A DNA stretch of 64,000 nt from Eledone cirrhosa (lineage: Eukaryota): contig CAXHJY010000343.1 in NCBI GenBank assembly GCA_964016885.1, positions 186,001 to 250,000 of the forward strand, read 5' to 3'. Made by a program: the position numbers and the translations under genes. The notes under the pieces are model-generated. The model worked only from the letters and a program-made list of their open reading frames with translations, searched no databases and was not told where the DNA came from. Below are positions 11,721-24,173 of the stretch, piece after piece (position 1 is the stretch's first letter; each line of letters opens with the position of its first letter).

Positions 11721-13557
11721 GGGTACGTTTGTGGCTAGTTAAGGTACCACTTAGAGAGAATGATTTACCACAGATATCACAGTGATATGGCTTGTCTCCT
11801 GTATGTGTACGTTTATGTGTAGTTAAGTTACTACTTAGAAAGAATGATTTACCACAGATATCACAGTGATATGGCTTGTCTCCTGTATGGGTACGTTTGT
11901 GGCTAGTTAAGGTACCACTTAGAGAGAATGATTTACCACAGATATCACAGTGATATGGCTTGTCTCCTGTATGTATAAGTTTGTGTCTAGTTAAGTGACT
12001 ACTATTAGAGTATGATTTACCACAGATATCACAGTGATATGGCTTGTCTCCCGTATGTGTGCGTTTGTGTCTAGTTAAGGTACTACTATCAGAGTATGAT
12101 TTACCACAGATGTCACAGTGATATGGCTTGTCACCCGTATGTGTACGTTTGTGGCTAGTGAAGGTACTACTTTGAGAGAATGATATACCACAGATATCAC
12201 AGTGATATGGCTTGTCTCCTGTATGTGTACGTTTGTGTCTAGTTAAGTTACTACTTAGAGAGAATGATTTACCACAAATATCGCAGTGATATGGTTTCTC
12301 ACCCGTATGGGTATGTATGTGAGAAGTTAAGGCACTACTATCAGAGAATGATTTACCACAGACATCACAGCGATATTGCTTCTCTCCTGTATGGGTACGT
12401 TTGTGGCTAGATAAGGTACCACTTAGAGAGAATGATTTACCACAGATATCACAGTGATATGGCTTCTCTCCTGTATGGGTACGTTTGTGGCTAGTTAAGG
12501 TACCACTTAGAGAGAATGATTTACCACAGATATCACAGTGATATGGCTTGTCTCCCGTATGTGTACGTTTATGTGTAGTTAAGTTACTACTTACAGAGAA
12601 TGATTTACCACAGATATCACAGTGATATGGTTTCTCTCCTGTATGTGTGCATTTGTGCCTAGTTAAGGTACTACTATCAGAGTATGATTTACCACAGATA
12701 TCACAGTGATATGGCTTGTCTCCCTTATGTGTGTGTTTGTGTCTAGTTAAGGTACTACTTACAGAGAAAGATTTACCACAGATATCGCAGTGATATGGCT
12801 TGTCTCCTGTATGTGTACGTTTGTGTCTAGTTAAGTGACTACTATCAGAGTATGATTTACCACAGATATCACAGTGATATGGCTTGTCTCCTGTATGTAT
12901 AAGTTTGTGTCTAGTTAAGTGACTACTATCAGAGTATGATTTACCACAGATATCACAGTGATATGGCTTGTCTCCTGTATGTATAAGTTTGTGTCTAGTT
13001 AAGTGACTACTATCAGAGTATGATTTACCACAGATATCACAGTGATATGGCTTGTCTCCTGTATGTATACGTTTGTGTCTAGTTAAGTGACTACCATCAG
13101 AGTATGATATACCACAGATATCACAGTGATATGGCTTGTCTCCCGTATGTGTGCGTTTGTGGCTAGTTAAGGTACCACTTACAGAGAAAGATTTACCACA
13201 GATATCACAGTGGTATGGCTTGTCTCCTGTATGTGTACGGTTGTGGCTAGTGAAGGTACTACTTTGAGAGAATGATATACCACAGATATCACAGTGATAT
13301 GGCTTGTCTCCCGTATGTGTGCGTTTGTGTCTAGTTAAGGTACCACTTACAGAGAAAGATTTACCACAGATATCACAGTGATATGGCTTCTCTCCCGTAT
13401 GTGTACGTTTGTGGCTAGTGAAGGTACTACTTTGAGAGAATGATATACCACAGATATCACAGTGATATGGCTTGTCTCCTGTATGTGTACGTTTGTGTCT
13501 AGTTAAGTGACTACTATTAGAGAATGATTTACTGCAGATATCACAGTGATATGGCAT
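11644..13557 (-). CDS. Multi-C2H2 zinc-finger protein, copy A (22 intact fingers plus 1 degenerate); original N-terminus disrupted
   Basis: 637-aa ORF of 28-aa CxxC-x12-HxxxH units with TG(D/E)KPY linkers. Upstream fingers 13558-13850 are frameshifted and the ancestral ATG is deleted, so the ORF starts at an internal Met. Candidate splice acceptor at 14230. Confidence 0.85.
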   Translation of the reverse strand: MPYHCDICSKSFSNSSHLTRHKRTHTGDKPYHCDICGISFSQSSTFTSHKRTHTGEKPYHCDICGKSFSVSGTLTRHKRTHTGDKPYHCDICGISFSQSSTFTSHNRTHTGDKPYHCDICGKSFSVSGTLTSHKRTHTGDKPYHCDICGISYSDGSHLTRHKRIHTGDKPYHCDICGKSYSDSSHLTRHKLIHTGDKPYHCDICGKSYSDSSHLTRHKLIHTGDKPYHCDICGKSYSDSSHLTRHKRTHTGDKPYHCDICGKSFSVSSTLTRHKHTHKGDKPYHCDICGKSYSDSSTLTRHKCTHTGEKPYHCDICGKSFSVSSNLTTHKRTHTGDKPYHCDICGKSFSLSGTLTSHKRTHTGEKPYHCDICGKSFSLSGTLSSHKRTHTGEKQYRCDVCGKSFSDSSALTSHIHTHTGEKPYHCDICGKSFSLSSNLTRHKRTHTGDKPYHCDICGISFSQSSTFTSHKRTHTGDKPYHCDICGKSYSDSSTLTRHKRTHTGDKPYHCDICGKSYSNSSHLTRHKLIHTGDKPYHCDICGKSFSLSGTLTSHKRTHTGDKPYHCDICGKSFFLSSNLTTHKRTHTGDKPYHCDICGKSFSLSGTLTSHKRTHTGDKPYHYDICGKSFSKCCGFTTH

Positions 13558-14339
13558 GCCTCCTGTATGGGTAGGTTTGTGATCAGTTAAGTAACTGCTG
13601 AGAGAGAATGATTTACCACAGATATCACAGTGATATGGCTTATGTCCTGTATGGGTACGTTGTGAGAAGTTAAGTCACTACTTCGAGAGAATTATTTACC
13701 ACAGATATCACAATATGGCTTATCTCCTGTATGTATAACTTTGTGAGTAGTTAAGGTACTAAGTTTATTAAATTATTGACCAGATATCACAGTGATATGG
13801 CTTCTCTTCTCTAACCTTCGTCATCTCACCAGGAATACTAAACACTTTAGATTGTGTTTCGCATTTAATCTTCTTTGTCAATTATTTTCCTTCTTCAACA
13901 GCATATACAGATGTTTTCCTTGTAATTTTTTTTATATTATATTTCTTATAAAATATTTCTTCTATATTTCCCTCAAATATATTTCAGTTTATATCTGAAG
14001 ATAATATAAACTTCTTTTTCATCCAAGTTTAGTTAAAATACAAAATCATCTTATAGTGAAGAAAATAAACTCAGTTTTGAGGAAATATTTCACAGTAATA
14101 TGACGAGAGATTTATATAAACAGTGTTATATAAGTTCTGCTTAGAATGTTTTAGTTTTAAAATGATGATAAATAGAGGTGATGTATCCAAGATTGAAAAT
14201 AATAATTTATCCCAATGTCATCTGGTATTCTGAAATAAGAAAGAAACAGTATGAGATAATACAGAATACTTTAGAAGCAGAGATAGATTTAACAGTGGAA
14301 ATTTTATATTTCTATATTGGTAAATTGTAGACTACCTTG

Positions 14340-14850
14340 AGTAGAAGATTATGGAAGTTAAAGGACCCCATAGCCAGTGACAAATTTAAAAGCCTATTAC
14401 TTGATGCCTTTGACAATAAGGAAGATCAATTAGAGACATGCAATATAGAGGAACAGTGGCAATCCTTGAAAGTGAACCTGCTGAAAGCAACAGTCAGTAG
14501 GCACCTCTAACAAAATACACCCCCACCCCATCCACACCACCACCTTAAATGTGAAGTTATGTTGGAACCACAACATCCAGTCCGAAACAAATGAGGTCGT
14601 GTAGGTGTCACGACAAAAAAAAAAAAACACACAGTCCACGCTGTAATGTGGCCGTGTAGGTAACACGGTAAAAACCTCCCAGTCCACACTGTAAATGTGG
14701 TTGGTGTTAGGAAGGGCATCCAGCCGTAGAAAACCCACCAGACAGTCCTATGCGAGCAAGACAACCATTCTTGCCTCAAGTGGCAAAACTCCCGTCCAAA
14801 CCCATGCTAGCATGGAAGATGGACGTTAAACGATGATGATGATGATGATG
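14340..14850 (+). mobile_element. Internally deleted RTE fragment with 3' UTR and (GAT)n tail; paralog 57380-57885
   Basis: Similar to RTE 36635-36790 joined to 3' UTR motifs; ends in a (GAT)n run. Confidence 0.7.
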
Positions 14851-14879
14851 TATATATACACTGTGCACAGTATATATAA

Positions 14880-15059
14880 TACCCTATATATGTTGTCCAA
14901 GAGAAAGGCTATGGCCGATACAGCTTGGCACTTGTGACATCACAACATATATATACACTATATATATTATACAGTATATATACACTATATATGTTGTCCA
15001 AGGGAAAGGCAATGCCTGACACAGCTTGGCACCAGTGACATCACAACATATATATACAC

Positions 15060-15091
<32 letters not shown>

Positions 15092-15355
15092 TACACTGTG
15101 TACAATATCTATCATACACTATATATGTTGTCCAAGGGAAATGTAATGGCTGATACAGCTTGGCACCAGTGACATCACAACATATATATACACTATATAT
15201 ATATATATATACACCATATATGTTGTCCAAGGGAAAGGCAATGGCTGACACAGCTTGGCACCAGTGACATCACAACATATATATACACCATATATGTTGT
15301 CCAAGGGAAAGGCAATGGCTGACACAGCTTGGCACCAGTGACATCACAACATATA
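14880..15355. repeat. Tandemly amplified SINE-tail unit (CCAAGGGAAAGGCAATGGCTGACACAGCTTGGCACCAGTGACATCACAAC) with TA/CA microsatellite
   Basis: About 5 copies here. Same unit at 17860-18360, 39720-40060, 57920-58730 and 62100-62160. Confidence 0.8.
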
Positions 15356-15729
15356 TTTATGTATACTTATATCCCAGACATCCATAGATTATTTCTATTC
15401 TACAGCTATCTCTCTTCCCCAGTTTCAAAATGTTCTGTTTACATTATTATTATTATCATTCACTTGTTTCCACAACGTATATACTTCGACCTTGTTTTTG
15501 ATATAAACCATGTTGGACATTGTGTCTTTCTCTACAAACTCATCCCTAACCCCCGCCATTACCCCCCCCCCCCCTTTCTCTCACTCATTCATTTCGGTGT
15601 TTACGAAGCTAGGTGACCATCTTCGAAATTCTTGCATACTTGCCTTGTCTAATATGTCTACTTATATCTGCTTATATCCCCCAAATCTCCTGTGATGATA
15701 TATGTCATGATGGCTACCTATCTCACAAT

Positions 15730-17815
15730 TTCCCACCCCTCACCATAGGCTATTTGACCAATCAAACCTCAGAAACATGTCCTTACCCATTACTACCCCA
15801 ACAAACTCTGCTATTACTACTACTGTCCTTCTAGCCCTTACCAGCCCCAACAAACTCTGCCATTACTACTACTGTCCTTCTAGCCCTTACTAGCCCCAAC
15901 AAACTCTGCCATTACTACTACTGTCCTTCTAACCGTTACTAGCCCCAACAAACTCTGCCATTACTACTACTGTCCTTCTAGCCCTTACCAGCCCCAACAA
16001 ACTCTGCCATTACTACTAGTCCTTCTAGACCTTACCAGCCCCAACAAACTCTGCCATTACTACTACTGTCCTTCTAGCCCTGCACCAAAGAATACTTGAT
16101 TACTGTTATGTAATGGAGGAGCAAAGGATAACTGGAACAACCCCGAATAAATAAATGAATATGAATCCGCGAGTTACCAAGCACCCATGCGAAGCTTTAA
16201 TTCAGAGACAGGAAGCATACACACTCCCCTGCAAAAATTCACCCTTTCCCACAAATGATGGCAAATGTCCAAAACTCTGAGTCGGCAGCATCAACATAAG
16301 CACAATGAAAGGAAGGGAAGGAGAAATTATAGACATGCTAGAGTGAAAGGATATTGACGTATGCTGTGTGCAAGAGACTAGATGGAGAGAAGAGTCCAGT
16401 AGAGTCCTTGTAGGCAAAAGTTAGTGCTATAAATTTTTCTGGGTGGGAAATGACAATGGGATGGGTGGTGTAGGTATACTATTAGCTGACAAATGGGTAG
16501 ATAAAGTAATAACCACACATATTGTTAACCAGGTAATACTATAGGGTGTCATACCAAAGGATTGGTGCAGCAGCATCATCGTCAACTGCTACAAGGGTAA
16601 AGGAGATGCACTAGATAGAATAAACTATAGATGTATAAAGCTGATGGACCAGGTCATGAAAGTAATGGAAAATGTCATAGCACAGTTGATCAGGGACTGG
16701 GTAAAACTAAGTGAGATGCAGTTTGGGCTTGGGCCAGGAAAAAACACCACTGATGCTCTCTTCCTTGTGAGGCAGTTACAGGTAAAGTACCTAGCTAAAA
16801 GCAAGCCGCTCTACCTGGCTCTTGTCGATATGGAAAAAGTCTTCAACAGAGTGCTCTGTGCTATGATCTGGTGGGCTCTTAGAAAACTAGCAGTAGATTA
16901 GTGGCTTGTGAAAGCTGTACAAGCCATGTATAGGGACATGTTAGTAAAGTTAGGCTTAACAATTACTATAGCGAGGAATTTAACATACAAGTCGGTGTCT
17001 ACCAGGGCTCTGTTCTTAGCCTTCTCCTGTTTATAATAGTATTGCAGGCTATAACAGAGGAGTTTAAGACCTGATGCCCATAGGAATTCCTATATGTGGA
17101 TGATCTTACACTTATAGCTGAATCTATGGCAGAACTAAAGAAACAAGCACCACCAAACTCTGGGAGAGCTCTGTAGAAACAATAGACAGCTTTTGCTACC
17201 TAGGTGACCGAATAAGCAACGGAGATGGGTGTTCTGAAAGTACAGTAACCAGGGTAACAACGGGATTGAAGAAGTTCAGGGAGCTACTGCCACTGCTAGC
17301 TGCAAAAGGCTTTTCCCTCAAAATGAAAGGCAGACAGTATGATGCGTGCATATGAACAGCAATGTTACATGGTAGTGAGACCTGGGCGCTGTTTGTAGAA
17401 GACTTGCGTAGATTAGAAAGAAACGAAATTTGCATGCTCCGATGGATGTGTAATAGTAATATACGTGAACGGCAAAGCATTAACAAATTGAGAGAGAGAC
17501 TGAGCATAAGAGGAATCAAATGCTGTGTGCAGCAGAGGAGGTTGTGTTGTAGCCCCTGGGTACAAGCCGAAGCACATAGACAATATGCCCCCAACCCCTC
17601 CCACTGTAAAGTGGCCGTGGAGGTGTCACAACAAAAAAGCACCCATCACTCACTGTGAGGTTGGTGTTAGGAAGGGCATTCAGCTGTAGAAATCAAGCCA
17701 AAATCGGTTCCCATCTAAGCAAGACAAGGTCACCCCACCTGGCACTGCCCACAACAGGACAACCTGTCTAACCCATACTACCGTGGAAGAAGGGACGTAA
17801 AACAGTGATGATGAT
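15730..17815 (+). mobile_element. Non-autonomous, internally deleted derivative of the PHD-RTE family
   Basis: Colinear with 35560-39205 but lacking ~36100-37355, ~37990-38270 and a further ~200 bp near 17550. Many stops; GATGAT tail. Confidence 0.85.
15797..16080. repeat. 49-bp minisatellite (~6 copies) in the RTE-derivative 5' region
   Basis: Unit CCCCAACAAACTCTGCCATTACTACTACTGTCCTTCTAGCCCTTACCAG, period 49. Confidence 0.9.
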
Positions 17816-17919
17816 ATACATATATATACACTATATATATTATACAGTATCTATACAAGATATATATGTCCAAGAGAAAGGCTATGGCCGATACAGCTTG
17901 GGACTAGTAACATCACAAC

Positions 17920-18310
17920 ATATATATACTATATATATTATACAGTATATATACACTATATATATTATACAGTATATATATTATACAGAATATATACACT
18001 ATATATATTATACAGTATATATACACTATATATATTATACAGTATATATACACTATATATATTATACAGTATATATACACTATATATATTATACAGTATA
18101 TATACACTATATATATTATACAGTATATATACACTATATATATTATACAGTATATATACACTATATATATATTATACAGTATATATACACTATATATATT
18201 ATACTGTATATATACACTATATATATATTATACAGTATATATACACTATATATATTATACAGTATATATATACACTATATATATTATAGAGTATATATAC
18301 ACTATATATA
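17920..18310. repeat. ~24-bp TA-rich minisatellite (TATACACTATATATATTATACAGTA-like); related arrays at 39370-40000 and 61940-62100
   Basis: Direct tandem periodicity visible; source of the spurious YIHYIYYTV ORFs. Confidence 0.85.
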
Positions 18311-18361
18311 TGTCCAAGAGAAAGGTTAAGGCCGATACAGCTTGGCACTAGTGACATCACA

Positions 18362-18485
18362 ACTCATTTCTACAGCTGAGTAAACTGGAGCAACGTGAAA
18401 TAAAGTGTCTTGCTCAAGGACACAACACAACACCCTGTCCGAGAAACGAACTCACCACCTTTTAATTGTAAACCACTAAGCCATG
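18362..18485 (-). mobile_element. tRNA-derived SINE (paralogs 40060-40190, 62160-62292)
   Basis: Reverse complement has GGCTTAGTGGTT A-box, GAGTTCG B-box-like motif and CCTTGAGCAAGACACTT..TGCTCCAGTTTACTCAGCTGTAGAAATGAG core. Confidence 0.75.
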
Positions 18486-18919
18486 ATACCTTCCAGAACC
18501 AATCATGATATAGAGAGACCACAAAGACAACCGTTGTTTTCATAGTTAAGCCTTAAAATACCTCTCATACATGCTTTAAGTACATATAAACTCATTAATA
18601 CACACTTTTGTATTTAAACACCAAAAACAGCCAGTAACGATCGTATAGAAACTACCACCAACCATCATACCACTAGTTACCAATGAGGACCATTGCCAGC
18701 CACGGTAGCCACTTGGTAATACACTGCACATCTCCCGTCAATCTATGAAGGGTTTGTAGTAGATTAGAGCAAAACACAATCAGTAAAACAATAATGGAAT
18801 GAAAAATATAAACATTTGTTCATACTTAAAGCCTTAAGATGTCCCTTCCTTATGATATACACTTTAATAACGTTGAAATTTATTTAATAAGTTTAAAATT
18901 TAAACACTTTTTATTCAGA

Positions 18920-19069
18920 CGTACCGCGATAAGAAATTAGATATGTTCTAACGAATAATCCGCGATGTGGCGAGGATTACCGCGATAGGAAATTAGATAC
19001 GTTCCAAAGACATATCCGCGATGTAACGGGACCGCGAAAAGTGAACCGCGATATAGCGGGGGATTACTG
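18920..19069. mobile_element. pogo/Tigger-like DNA transposon end (paralogs ending at 40743 and 62879)
   Basis: Terminal CCGCGATATAGCGGGGGATTACTG followed by TA, with repeated CCGCGA subterminal motifs. The other end was not identified. Confidence 0.55.
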
Positions 19070-19123
19070 TATATATACACACACAACATACATCTATCTA
19101 TATACACTCATAACATATATTTC

Positions 19124-19741
19124 GGCAGTGTCATGGTTTTAGCTGTCAGAAGTGAAAGTAGGAGAAGGTGACGTCATTCGTCAACCTTCTTAATCCTTTA
19201 TTTCCGTATCACTATTCCCTTTATTTATGTTTAGGATTTTCTAAGAGATACGTTTACGATGAGATACATTTATTAGAAAATAATATGGGGACCAAATAAC
19301 CCCGTAATTTTCGAGAGAAAGGATAATATACAATTTATTTAACATGTGCATTAAAAACTACACTAGCTGTTACAATTGTAATTAACGTGTAAGAACTTAA
19401 ACGAAAATATAGGTGGCCCTTAAAAGGGCCGGTGTTGAACTTAAATTTGTTTTCTAATTTGATAACCATGACTCGTTTCAACACCGGCCCTTTTAAGGGC
19501 CACCTATATCTTCATTTAAGTCCTTACACGTTAATTACAATTGTAACAGCTAGTGTAGTTTTTAATGCACCGTTAAATAAGATTGTATATTATCGTTTCT
19601 CTCGAAAATTACGGGGTTATTTGGTACCCATAAATAAAATCATAAACATAAATAAAGGGAATAGTGATACGGAAATAAAGGATTGAGAAGGTTGACGACT
19701 GACGTCACCTTCTTTCTGACAGCTAATACCACGACAGTGCC
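19124..19741. mobile_element. Foldback MITE, possibly Merlin-type
   Basis: Nearly the whole 618 bp is self-complementary. Termini GGCAGTGTC...GACAGTGCC, 8-9 bp TSD (ATATATTTC/CTTTATTTC). Empty site ATTTATTTC at 40785-40793. Confidence 0.85.
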
Positions 19742-20099
19742 CTTTATTTCTATATCTTACATTAAAATGTTGACTGAGGGTGTGGCAACTGTTTCTTGTT
19801 TGAGGTTGTTCCAGGGGTTGAAATATAGACGGAGGTAATTTAAATAATAAAGACAGTCATGATAACAATATATTTTATATCACATGTAACAGTGGAATCT
19901 GATGATTGAGAAATATCACATCAACATTTCAGTTTGGAAGTTTCTTTTCTATATATAAAAGTGGAGGAAGAAATATATTTTTCTAATGTTGTTATATATA
20001 TTTTCACTTGTATATAATTACTGGGTCGTTGTAGGGTTCACATAATTATATTATTTACACACATTAATATAGACATTAAGGAAATCTTTGTCAACTTAC

Positions 20100-20298
20100 C
20101 TCCTTCACATATAATCAATGTATTGTGTTGTTAGTTGTTACTAAACAACCAAAGAAATAATCTCTTTGTTATCAAATTAGAAGTTTCAATGTTATCAGCT
20201 TTATTTCACGACATTAACGTTGGTGTCTCTTCTTCATCTTTAGTCATAAATTGATATCTTGTCAGAATGAAGTAGTGAGGCTGACTTTATGTCTTTAG
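20100..20298 (-). other. Putative 199-bp 5' non-coding exon for ZNF copy A
   Basis: TTTCCTATCAAATCTGTAG| acceptor and GAG|GTAAGT donor. Would splice to the TTTCTTTCTTATTTCAG| acceptor at 14230. Confidence 0.5.
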
Positions 20299-20871
20299 CT
20301 ACAGATTTGATAGGAAATATATATATATTAGGTTGATATGTGGTCTAAAATATCTATATTGTCTATAAATGACTGATAGCAGATGTTCTGGTGAAATAGT
20401 AGTTTTACTACTACAGATTGTAATGGAACTCTTAGTAGACACAATTGTAAAGTAAGAATAGATATGACAGTGTAAGTCTGATGTCGGGGAATTAAAATTG
20501 TGTATATATATATATATATAATTGTTACACAAGATATAATTAGATTAATTAAAGTTATAATGAAGACAGCAGGTACTCGGTGTCGTTGAGAACGTTTCAA
20601 CTGTCGTACCGGTGTCACACGTTAAAAGTCCCTGATATAATTTAACACCTTCAGACACAGTTCCAATCGTATTTAATTGATTGTAAATCAGAAAGTATCA
20701 CTCAGTAAAATATCAATTATATATCAATAAGAAAACCTCTACGTAGTCTCTCTGACTGCTATAAATAGCAGCGATAATATCCAATACAACTGTTCTCTCT
20801 CTATATATATTTATACACACAAATATATGTACGTATGTATGTAAATGTGTATACAACTCTTATGTGTATGT

Positions 20872-21347
20872 ATAAACAACTATTTTATGGAGAGTTAGTT
20901 AAAGGAAAACGACCTCCACATAAACCAAAAAAGAGGTATAAGGATTCCTTGAAAGCCTCTTTGAAAGACGCTAACATCTCTGCTGATACATGGGAAAATG
21001 TTGCTGCTGATCGTAATGTGGGATGTGAGGAAGGGCATCACCGTTGCATTTGCAGCGTCTGTGCGAGATTTTGCCTCAGCAAAGCTGGACTCGAAAGTCA
21101 TCTTCGCAGTCACAAAGTAAGACCAGTGGTTGAATACCAGGCTGTGGTTGGAGATGCTACTCATCATGCCTGCCAAGCATGTGGTAGAGAATGTAACTCA
21201 GCAGGAAGGCTCAAACGACATGCAAAAGTACATCAACTCCAGCCACAGCCGGCTATTCCCAGTGAATGTTTTGGTTGCCAACTCTGTGCAAGACATTATA
21301 GATCATTGGCTGGGATAAAAAGCCACATTCGATCGCAGTGCTGTTAA
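20872..21347 (+). mobile_element. 3' fragment of an RTE/BovB-type LINE ending in three C2H2-like fingers; paralog 52779-53250
   Basis: KQLFYGEL..GKR...PKKRYKDSLK..W...AADR is the usual RTE C-terminus, followed by CSVC..HLRSH, CQAC..HAKVH and CQLC..HIRS. Confidence 0.7.
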
Positions 21348-21380
21348 TTGCTATCATGTGTGTGTAGATATGTTTGTGTC

Positions 21381-21421
<41 letters not shown>

Positions 21422-21493
21422 CGTTTCTGAATTTGTTTAGCAAGATTCTTTATCTTATTGTTTCTTATTGGCAACATGACCCTCCCAAAGTAT

Positions 21494-21557
<64 letters not shown>

Positions 21558-24173
21558 GTATGTATATTATTATTGTTGTTGTCGTCATTATTATTATTAT
21601 TGTTTTTTTTTCCTCGTGCAATGGCCATACTCGATAACGAGGGGGCAGCCATCATATATGAGTATGTGTGAGTGTGTATGTGTGTTTGCACATATGTATG
21701 GTGTGTATATATGTACATAAGTTTTTGGTATATGTACGTTTGGTGAACATGTGTATTTACCTGTAGGTATGTGAGTGTGCATTCTATACGCATTTATGCG
21801 CGTATATTTATATATGTATACACTCACACACACATATTTATATGTGTATTTGGTGTATACGTTCATATGTGTGTGGGTATGTGTCACGCCGGTTTACGTA
21901 TGTGTCTGCGTGTTTATGTGTACGTGCATGTATATGCATGCATGCCGTGTGTTTTCGCATATGCACGTGTATAAATGTGTGTATGTATATATTTAAGATT
22001 CATGATTTTAATAACCTCTGTCATTTTCGTTCTACTAATTTATTTACATTATTCTGAACTCCGAAGCCGAGAATCATTCAGTTTCCTAAATAATATATTA
22101 GTCTACGCCTCCATTTATACCTTAAACGTGGTTTTGTCTTTGCGTGTAATTGTTCTCACCGCTCCACATAACGAGGTATGATCTTCGCTTCTTTCCGTTC
22201 ATTGCCAGAGAACGTTTTCACGAACCAAAGTATCGTCTTCCTGTTTTACTTCAGTTGCAACATTTTTCGAAATATTTACTTCTACGTTCACAGATTGATT
22301 TTTTTCAGTTTCAGATCCCGTTAAGGGTGAAAGCAGCAATTCTTTATGTATGTGGGGTGGGGATTGGAGAGGTAGGTCAGAGGGGTTACTTCGCTGGTAA
22401 GGGGGTGGAGTGTTAAGAAGTGGGGAGGAGGAAAATTGGGACATACTTTAATGGGAATGCAGGTCTCCTGCCATACTGTACAATGCCAGAGATTTCAATC
22501 CTGTGTCATCACCTTTGAGAGGTTCAATGGTGTCAGGTCAGTTTTTACCTCCTCATCCCAAGCATTCATAGGTCTTCTTCTTCCATCAATTTCAAGCAGT
22601 CAACCTTTTATACAGCATCTCTACCTTCATACACATCACATGTCCATACCACAGCAATCTACACTCCTGCATACTGTATCTTATCCCTCTCATGCCCAGG
22701 TTCTCTCTGTTTATTTACACTTTGCTCTTCATGTATATTAATATTACACATCCATCGCAGAATTCAAGCTTCATTTCTAGCCAATCTTCTGAGGTCCTCA
22801 CTGCAATGCATCATTGCTGTTCATATGCACACATCAATTTGGTGAAACAACCTTTTGTAGCTAGCAGTAGTAGTAATAGTAGCACCCTAAACCTTTGCCA
22901 TTTTGTTCTTACTCTGGTTTCTGTACTTTCAGAACACCTACCTCCACTGCTAATTTGGTCCCCCAGGTAACAGAAACTGTCAACTGTTTCTATGGAACCC
23001 TTTAAATATTTGATAGAACTTGTCTCCTAAAAGTGATTGCTTCTTACTGCTCCAGTGCAATGACCCCATGTAAAACCTACTTTCTTAGATAACACAACTT
23101 GTATCCCATTAAATCTCTTCTGTACCCATAGTCTCTTTAGAGTAAATAATGTTTCATACACATAACATCTATGTGTGACCATTGGTTTCTGAGCCCACTT
23201 ATGGCCACCACTGTTTATTATTGTCAAAAAGGGAGGTAAATCTTTAGCAGTGGAATTATCAGACTCAATTATATATGTAATTAGACTCACATAGAAATGG
23301 TTGATAACTGACTCTCACAAAGAAGATGACAAAGGAACACGACGAGTTGAAAGATGCCATGTTGAGAAGGACCTGTCCAACCCAAGCAAGCATGGAAAAA
23401 CAAACATAAAACGGTGATGATGTTGATGAAGATGACGTACATATACACACATACATAACCAAATAAAACAAATACAGATATGCACATACTTATATACAAA
23501 CAGATAGAAACATATACATGGACACAAATTTCTACACACATACATTCACACATATATCTAGCGTATGTCAATTCTGAACAATACAGTTTTGTCAGCACAA
23601 GTCTTGGTTAAAACTTCTACAATAAAAATGAAAGGAGAATAATTTCTTAGTAAAACAGTTTTATTCAAAATATTAACAACATTGGTGGCACTATTTTAGG
23701 TGAGTGACATGGTTTTTATCTTGTCTGATTGAGTTTCTGTTTCATTAAGTAACCTTTACAAGAGAAAGATTTACCACAGACATCAAAGTGATATAGTTCC
23801 TCTCTTGTATGTGTTAGTGTGTAGTTAAGCCACAACATTTAGACTGATTTACCACAGACATAACAGTGATATGGTTCCTCTCCTGTATATGTAAGTGCCG
23901 AGTGAAGCCACAATATTTAGAGAAGGATTTACCAAATATATCAAAGTGATATGGCTTCCCAGCTGTATGTATATGTTTGTGTGTAGTTAATGTAACATTC
24001 AAAGAGAATGATTTCCCTCAGATGTCACAATGATATGTATTTGTATTCTGATTAATTCACAAATTTGAGGGAATGATTTATTACTGATGTCAATGTATTA
24101 TGATTTCTTTTCTGCGTGTATAAGTTTGTGAGTAGTTAGGCTACTTTTCCCAGAGAATGATTTACCACAGATA

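Noticed and set aside
11644-13557. Specific gene symbol such as PRDM9 or a human ZNF number
   Set aside because: No SET or KRAB domain is visible; lineage-specific arrays cannot be assigned orthology from sequence alone.
19895-19930. CTGATGA..GAAA in the conserved block as a hammerhead
   Set aside because: No stem II and no convincing stem I or III.
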